From Bryobacteraceae bacterium (GTDB lineage Bacteria; Acidobacteriota; Terriglobia; Bryobacterales; Bryobacteraceae): a stretch of DNA of 43,733 bases. Positions 38,494-43,733 of the stretch are shown here, piece by piece. Position 1 is the first letter of the stretch, and every line of letters begins with the position of its first letter. The notes below the pieces were generated by a model. That model was not told the DNA's origin, ran no database searches, and saw nothing but the letters and a program-made list of their open reading frames with translations. Location of the stretch: the NCBI GenBank assembly GCA_041486185.1, contig JBGPKX010000001.1, positions 1 to 43,733 of the forward strand, in the 5' to 3' direction. Position numbers and translations under genes: made by a program.

Positions 38494-39863
38494 TCAGGCG
38501 GTTCGGGCGAGGCTCTTGAGTTTCGCCGAGAGAGTGGTGCGCTTGAGGCGCAACATCCCGGCAGCTTGTGCCTTATTGCCGCCGGTCTTGCGCAGCGCCT
38601 GCTGCAAGATGGCGCGCTCCATGTTGGCCACTATCTGTTCGAAATCAAGCCCTTCGTCGGGAAAGGCAATCGTGGGCAGCGCGACTGCGACGCCGCCCTT
38701 GAGATGCGGCGCCGAGGGAAGCGGAAAATCCGCGGGATAGAGAATCTCACGGTCCCCGCTCAGCGCAATAGCCATTTCCGTTGCGTTTTCAAGCTGCCGC
38801 ACGTTGCCCGGCCAGGAGTAGATGGAAAGCCGCTCCAGTGTTTCGCGCGTAACGCGCCTGGTCGCAAGCCCTCCAGCCGGCAGATTTTGTCGATTAGGTG
38901 ACCTACCAGCGCGGGAATGTCCGATGGCCGCTCGCGCAGCGCGGGCACGCGCAGGGGCACGACGTTGAGCCGGTAATAAAGGTCCTCACGGAACTTGCCT
39001 TCCCGTACCGCTTGGGTCAGATCGATGTTGGACGCCCCGATGACGCGCACATCCACCTTCACGGTTTCCGAGCTGCCGATCCGCTGAAATTCCCGTTCCT
39101 GTAGAACGCGCAGCAGCTTGGCTTGGATATCAAGCGGCAAATCGCCGACTTCATCCAGGAACAAGGTGCCGCGGTGCGCCTGCTCAAACCGGCCGACGCG
39201 GTGCGTGACGGCGCCCGTGAACGCTCCCTTGACGTGGCCGAATAGCTCGGCTTCGAGCAGATTTTCCGGAAGCGCAGTGCAGTTGACCGCCACGAGCGGC
39301 ATGTGCGCACGATCGCTGGCCATGTGGATGGCGCGCGCCACCATTTCCTTTCCAGCGCCGGTCTCGCCCGAAATCAGCACCGTCGAGCGCCTGGGGCCCA
39401 CCAGCCGGATCATCTGCGCCAGCTGTTGCATGGACTGGCTCTCGCCCACGAGGAATTTGCGCCAGGGTTCATGCGCCGTCGCGGCTTCGGCCAGCGTCAG
39501 TTGGCACGACCGGGTGTACTCGGCGGCGCGCTCCAACACATCATGAAACTGTTCCTCATCTTCCGCGGTGACGTAGTCAAATGCCCCAAGCTTGATGAGG
39601 CGCACGGCGTCGGCCGGCGTTCCGTGGGTGTCGTAAATAATTACCGGCACCGAAGCGTGGATTCGGCGGACCTGTTCGAGTACCTCTTCCGCGCTCCATT
39701 CTTCCAACGGAAGTCGCATCACCACGGCATCAAAGTTCGACGTTCTCAATCGCTCGATTGCTTGCCACGGGCTGGCCACGTCGGCAGCAACAACTTTAAG
39801 CGCATTGAGCCAGGCTATCTCGCGTTCCGTTTGGCCGCCGCTGGAGATGCAAAGGACCTTCAT
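38494..39863 (-). pseudogene. sigma-54-dependent transcriptional activator (NtrC family) with degenerate receiver domain; reading frame broken by a 1-nt frameshift near 38853-38862
   Basis: ORF 38760..39863 carries Walker [15 protein letters not shown], Walker [10 protein letters not shown] and the R-finger region. It then runs into nonsense (RPGALRAKHWSGFPSTPGRATCGS). The continuation TRETLERLSIYSWPGNVRQLEN...Fis-type HTH (GGNKAQAAGMLRLKRTTLSAKL) is in another frame (ORF 38494..38802, open up to about 38985). Confidence 0.8.
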
Positions 39864-39920
39864 ATGGTTACTAACTGAACCATCGGACGTTGGCCGGCGA
39901 TCTTTAGACTTTGTTTCGCC

Positions 39921-40112
39921 TTAGGCCAGCCTGAGGCCCAGTACGACTTCGAGATAAGGGTCGCGCGGACCGCCGGCAAGATCGCGCGCATCAAACCACC
40001 CAAGACTCCTCACCTTGACGTTCCCCTTGCTTTTGGGCATGTCCATTAAGTTCGGCGCAGCCATGCCGCTGCCAAACTCGGCGGTTGGATTGGGTTCCCA
40101 GGCGGGGATCAC
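39921..40112 (-). CDS. possible small ORF (63 aa) or gene remnant in a 334-nt gap
   Basis: GTG start, and third-position GC looks coding-like by eye. There is no recognisable motif, signal peptide or Shine-Dalgarno. Confidence 0.2.
   Translation of the reverse strand: MIPAWEPNPTAEFGSGMAAPNLMDMPKSKGNVKVRSLGWFDARDLAGGPRDPYLEVVLGLRLA
40049..40064 (-). promoter_or_regulatory. weak sigma-54 promoter-like element TGGCAG-n5-TGGC upstream of the activator gene
   Basis: The minus strand reads tTGGCAGcggcaTGGCt. GG and GC are correctly spaced for -24/-12, with 3 mismatches to TGGCACG-n4-TTGC. It lies about 185 nt upstream of the ATG at 39863. Confidence 0.2.
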
Positions 40113-40197
40113 GCGCCATCAACTACCCGGAACCATCGGAGAAGCGGGCCAAATACTTTAGATGAATCCGGAGTGTGGCTCTCAGGTGAAGCGCGAA

Positions 40198-40851
40198 CTA
40201 CTCTTGTTCTTTCTTTTCGTCTTGCTCTTTCTTTTCGCCCTTGCGGTAGAGCGTCGGCGGCTTCCGCTTCGTCCCATCGGCCTGGCCGGCTTTCTTCTCT
40301 TCCGCCTTCTTCGCTTCCAGGTCCTTGGGCTGCATCAGGGACTCGAGTTCCTTCTTTTCTTTCTCTTCTTTGGCCTGCACGGCGGACGCCCTCGCATTAA
40401 TGTCCTCCTGCGAAAGCTCGAGCGAATCGCGCGTCGTGTCGATGGCCTGCTTGAGCGCGAATTCGTAGCGGCTGACGTCTTTGGGCTGGCTGTCCTGAAT
40501 CTTTTCCAGCCCGGCGAGGAGCTCCTTCTCTGCCGCGGCGACGGCAGCCATGCTTTCCTTGATATCCAGCTTGCGCTTCAGCGCATCGTCGGCCACCGTG
40601 TCCACGGCGTCGATGATCTGGCTCAGGTCTTCGAGAGCATCATGCACCAGGATCGAGCGCCCCGGTTTTTCCTTGGAAAGCATGTTCTGCGCGACGTTGA
40701 GCCGTTGTTTGGCGAAGTGGAGATACAGCTTGAGGCGGTCGTTCGGTTCTTGCGCCAGGCGGACCTGGTCGGTCTCGTCCGCGGTCAGGAAATCCCGCTC
40801 CGCCCACAACGGCGAAGCGCACAAACACAGAAATAAGAATGCGTATTTCAC
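40198..40851 (-). CDS. exported helical protein with Lys/Glu-rich C-terminal tail, unknown function
   Basis: The GTG start overlaps the upstream TGA (GTGA). Signal peptide [18 protein letters not shown]. The body looks all-helical by eye, and the C-terminal about 70 aa is highly charged, ending in the tandem [12 protein letters not shown]. Confidence 0.6.
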   Translation of the reverse strand: MKYAFLFLCLCASPLWAERDFLTADETDQVRLAQEPNDRLKLYLHFAKQRLNVAQNMLSKEKPGRSILVHDALEDLSQIIDAVDTVADDALKRKLDIKESMAAVAAAEKELLAGLEKIQDSQPKDVSRYEFALKQAIDTTRDSLELSQEDINARASAVQAKEEKEKKELESLMQPKDLEAKKAEEKKAGQADGTKRKPPTLYRKGEKKEQDEKKEQE

Positions 40852-41300
40852 TTCTTTTTCCCCATAATGCCGTCGAGCAGAGCGTCGTGAACCTTCTGGA
40901 CGGCGGCGGCTACCCGATCGAGAACCGGCCGGTCGACCACGCTCATCTCGTCGCGAAAGCCGTCGAGCTTGCGCAGGAGTTCACGCGTCCGGAGTTCGGC
41001 CTGCTTAAAATGTTTCGGGCTCCGGCTGGGATTCTTACCGGTTTGCCGCAACGAGGCATCCGCCAGTTCGACCGACTGCTGTACTTCCTCCAGGCGAGAA
41101 GCGGCGCGCGCGTTATCCCCGTTGGCGTATGCATCGCGCGCTTGCTTGAGCGCGTCCTCGGCGTTATCCAGCGCGGCGCGGGCGCGCTTTTCCAGATTGG
41201 GTTCGGCTTGCAGCCGGGACAGGCTGTCCGGCGGAGTTTCAGGAGTCTTCTGCCCGGTGGCCAGCAGCGCCGCGAGAGATATGAGGAATAGAAGCTTCAT
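40848..41300 (-). CDS. exported helical protein, unknown function
   Basis: The ATG overlaps the upstream TGA (ATGA). Signal peptide [16 protein letters not shown]. The Ala/Arg/Asp/Glu-rich sequence looks helical. [10 protein letters not shown] resembles [10 protein letters not shown] in the downstream ORF, a possible remote paralogy. Confidence 0.6.
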   Translation of the reverse strand: MKLLFLISLAALLATGQKTPETPPDSLSRLQAEPNLEKRARAALDNAEDALKQARDAYANGDNARAASRLEEVQQSVELADASLRQTGKNPSRSPKHFKQAELRTRELLRKLDGFRDEMSVVDRPVLDRVAAAVQKVHDALLDGIMGKKK

Positions 41301-42514
41301 CTCTTGCTCAATATCTTCTCGATAATCCGCGATCTTTGACGGGCCTTGAACTCCTCGTCGGGATTCTTGCCGCCGCTCGTGGCCAGAAACTGCTGATAGC
41401 TCTCGAGCGCCGGCTTGTACTGTTGCAGTTTATCCAGAATAATGGCCCGCAGGTAGTAGTCGCCTGGAATCTCCTGCCGCAGTTCGCGAACCCGGTCGAG
41501 CGCAGCCAGGGCCTGAGGGTACTGCTCGGCCAACGTCAGCACGCCCGCCAGTTCGTTCCAGGACTCTTTCGAGTCCGGCTTGAGTTTTGCGCCGGCTGCG
41601 AACTGGTTGGCCGCGGGTATGAACTGGCGCTGGTCGCGCAGTGCGCGCCCATAGGCCATATGCAGATCGTAGCTTCCGGGGTCCGCGGCCGCCGCCAGTC
41701 CGAGCTGCGCCAGCGACTTTTGCGGCTCTTTGTTCATTTGATACGCCGTGGCCAGCGCCAGGCGATTGGCCGCGGTGGCGCTCCTGGCCACCGCCTTCTC
41801 CAGATAGGGAATCGCTTCGGCAAACCGCTTGGCTTCGATCATCAGCTCGCCTAGCCGCTCCCCGGCCGCGATATTGTCGGGAAACTTCTGATAGATGGCC
41901 ATGGCTTCGTCCGGCTGGTGATTCTGCTCGTACAGTCCGGCCAGCTCCAGCAGAGCGTCATTGAAGTTCGCATCCAGTTCGGCCGCTTTCCGGAAGTGCT
42001 CGCCCGCCTCGCTCAAGCGCTTCTGCCGCGCCTGCGCCCGCCCCAGCCCAAGTTGCGCCGCCGCTGATTTGGGATCGATCTCCGCCGCCGCTTGATAATG
42101 CGGCTCGGCTTTCGCCGAATCATCCGACGCAAGCAGGGCTTCGGCCAGATACCACTGGGGGCGGAATTCTTTCGGCTTGGCCTGAGCCGCGGCATCCAGA
42201 TGGGGCGCCGCTTCTTTGGCCCGCTTCTCGCGCAGCAGCAATATGCCCAAATTCAACTCGCCTTGATACAAACCGGGCTTGATTTCGAGGGTTTTCTGAT
42301 ATTCGGGAATGGCCTCGGCATCTTTCCCAAGCAGGCTGAACGCCAGCGCCAGATGAAAGTGGGCAGTGTAGTCTTGAGGGTCGGCCTGAATGGCTTGACG
42401 AAACAATTGCGCGGCCTGATCGTACTGCTTGGCTTCGAGTGCTTTCAAGCCTTCGGCCTGATAGTCGGTTGCGGGCGCGAACAGCAGAAGTAAAGCCACG
42501 GCCACCGCCCACAT
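41297..42514 (-). CDS. exported tetratricopeptide-repeat protein
   Basis: Signal peptide MWAVAVALLLLFAPA. About 10 consecutive 34-residue TPR-like units follow (for example AHFHLALAFSLLGKDAEAIPEYQKTLEIKPG). Confidence 0.75.
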   Translation of the reverse strand: MWAVAVALLLLFAPATDYQAEGLKALEAKQYDQAAQLFRQAIQADPQDYTAHFHLALAFSLLGKDAEAIPEYQKTLEIKPGLYQGELNLGILLLREKRAKEAAPHLDAAAQAKPKEFRPQWYLAEALLASDDSAKAEPHYQAAAEIDPKSAAAQLGLGRAQARQKRLSEAGEHFRKAAELDANFNDALLELAGLYEQNHQPDEAMAIYQKFPDNIAAGERLGELMIEAKRFAEAIPYLEKAVARSATAANRLALATAYQMNKEPQKSLAQLGLAAAADPGSYDLHMAYGRALRDQRQFIPAANQFAAGAKLKPDSKESWNELAGVLTLAEQYPQALAALDRVRELRQEIPGDYYLRAIILDKLQQYKPALESYQQFLATSGGKNPDEEFKARQRSRIIEKILSKR

Positions 42515-42611
42515 ATTCCTATTTTACCTGCGCGGGTCGGTAGCCGGTTCCTGGCCCGTACGGCCGTTCAATCTCCCTGGCTGGTGGTCGATGCCCAACG
42601 TGTCAGAAAGA

Positions 42612-43733
42612 TTACGGGCTCACGATCACGTCAACTTGATCGTGAAAGCTGTCCGCGGTCTGCACGGCCACTGGAAAGGGTCCGGTGGCGGCGACCGGCA
42701 AATCCGCCGGCACCACCACGTTGATCTGATATAACCCTGGAAACAGAGGGGCGAGCCCGGCATACGAAACCGTCGCCGGCAGTCCGCCGATCAGCACGTT
42801 CACCGTCGCCACAGCCCGGCTCAACGGGTTCGCGCCTCCAGCGGTTCCGTCCGCAACCGGCGGGTTCACATTGCCCAGCCCGGTAAGGTAAATCAACACC
42901 GTCTCGCCGCGCTTGGCGGGCTTGGCCAAACTCACCAGCGAGAAATCGGCGTGCAGAATCGCGCCTCCACCGACGCCGTTTCGGTCGAGTGAAAAGATGC
43001 CGGGCGCGCTCGCAGCGACTGGCGCCTGCACGGCGTTCGACATGGTTCCGTTATTGTTGACCACGATGCTAGCAGTGGTTCCGGTGGTCGCGTAGGGCAC
43101 CAGCGCATTGATCTGTCCGGGACTCACCAGATAAATCGGCGACGGCGCGCCATTGATCAGCACCGAAACACCCGCGACACTCGGAGGATAGGGCGGGCTT
43201 GCGGTCTGCGTGACGGCGGAGAGGTTCGATCCGAACAGGGTCACAAATTCACCCGGCGAGATCGAGTCGCCCGCCGGCGCGAAGCTGGCCGCGTTCACTA
43301 CTCCTTGCGGATTGAGAAACACTCCGGTTCCTGAAACCGGCGGCATGCGAATCCCGAGATACACTTCGTAACCGCCAGGATCGTCCGCATCTACCGCCGT
43401 TCCCACGAAGCCGTTGCCGCCCACACCCAGGGCCACGCGCGTCAGTTCCGCCGTACCCGATCCGTCGGGTCCCAGCGTGAACGTATTGGCGCCGGTGAAG
43501 TCGTAGGTGATGGCCCCGGCAGGCTGCAACTGGTGCAGGCGTCGCGTAAACGTCAGGCTTCCGGCGCCGTTCGAAAATAGCGACCCGCTGTACGCGCTGG
43601 CGTTACCTGGGCTCTCGAAGCGCAGGCCGGCATGCCAGAACTTGTCCGTCCATGTGAGGCCGTTGCCGGCTTTGAATCCCACCCAGATGTCCTCCGTGCC
43701 GCCGTCGTTCGACCCGCCGAGGATCACGTTGCC
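42612..43733 (-). CDS. secreted protein with TIGR03437-type (Solibacter uncharacterised C-terminal) Ig-like domain; N-terminus beyond window
   Basis: The frame is open to the window end. The C-terminal about 220 aa shows the family pattern GVVNAASFAP...ISPGEFVTLFGSNL...VLINGAPSPIYLVSPGQINALVP...IGGLPATVSYAGLAPLFPGLYQINVVVP. Confidence 0.75.
   Translation of the reverse strand, partial: GNVILGGSNDGGTEDIWVGFKAGNGLTWTDKFWHAGLRFESPGNASAYSGSLFSNGAGSLTFTRRLHQLQPAGAITYDFTGANTFTLGPDGSGTAELTRVALGVGGNGFVGTAVDADDPGGYEVYLGIRMPPVSGTGVFLNPQGVVNAASFAPAGDSISPGEFVTLFGSNLSAVTQTASPPYPPSVAGVSVLINGAPSPIYLVSPGQINALVPYATTGTTASIVVNNNGTMSNAVQAPVAASAPGIFSLDRNGVGGGAILHADFSLVSLAKPAKRGETVLIYLTGLGNVNPPVADGTAGGANPLSRAVATVNVLIGGLPATVSYAGLAPLFPGLYQINVVVPADLPVAATGPFPVAVQTADSFHDQVDVIVSP

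Noticed and set aside
38853-38862. Programmed -1 ribosomal frameshift as an explanation for the split sigma-54 activator.
   Set aside because: There is no slippery heptamer and no obvious downstream stimulatory structure at the junction. A simple 1-nt indel, by mutation or assembly error, explains it.
40198-40270. CT-rich direct repeat on the plus strand (tctttcttttcg occurring twice), considered as a possible repeat element.
   Set aside because: It is the antisense of the coding tandem [12 protein letters not shown] at the C-terminus of the 217-aa protein. It is low-complexity coding sequence, not a mobile or regulatory repeat.

Overview
This is a GC-rich, very tightly packed chromosomal segment holding about 42 protein genes. 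Many are translationally coupled, and several convergent gene ends overlap. I found no rRNA, tRNA, CRISPR array, transposase, integrase or phage-like gene, so it reads as core genome rather than an island. The gene content points to Acidobacteriota of the Solibacter/Bryobacter type: a TIGR03437-type 'Solibacter C-terminal' domain protein, a planctomycete-type PSCyt/DUF1549/DUF1553 + DUF1501 pair, and many exported TPR proteins. This taxonomic call is inference from gene content only.

Housekeeping genes recognised from motifs:
- Sugar, nucleotide and cofactor genes: rhaB (5'-truncated), argD, mannose-1-P guanylyltransferase, mobA, a class-I glutamine amidotransferase, korA/korB.
- Proteolysis, folding and regulation: an Rrf2 regulator, clpP, clpS, a parvulin PPIase.
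- DNA and RNA: ligA, rnc.
- Lipid and envelope: an SDR, a DAGK-like lipid kinase, fabD, an 8-stranded-type OMP, lepB, lptD.
- Cell wall: an SLT lytic transglycosylase and an AMIN-amidase.
- Other: a GMC oxidoreductase with its TAT-signal small subunit.

The least explained part is 31.8-43.7 kb, all on the minus strand. In map order it contains:
- a tri-domain acyl-adenylate ligase / carrier / PlsC acyltransferase fusion;
- a DUF1501 + PSCyt-DUF1553 pair;
- a sigma-54 activator whose receiver domain lacks every phospho-acceptor residue and whose reading frame is broken by a 1-nt frameshift;
- three translationally coupled exported helical/TPR proteins of unknown function;
- a TIGR03437-domain surface protein.

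Other points worth a second look:
- The lipid kinase's conserved N-terminus has no canonical start codon.
- A 51-bp divergent promoter region carries a palindromic -10 element and suggests a possibly leaderless ligA.
- There is an Rrf2-clpP arrangement.
- Two half-size EamA proteins sit together.
- An orphan MlaF-like ATPase is coupled to mobA.

All family calls come from reading motifs by eye. No database search was run.
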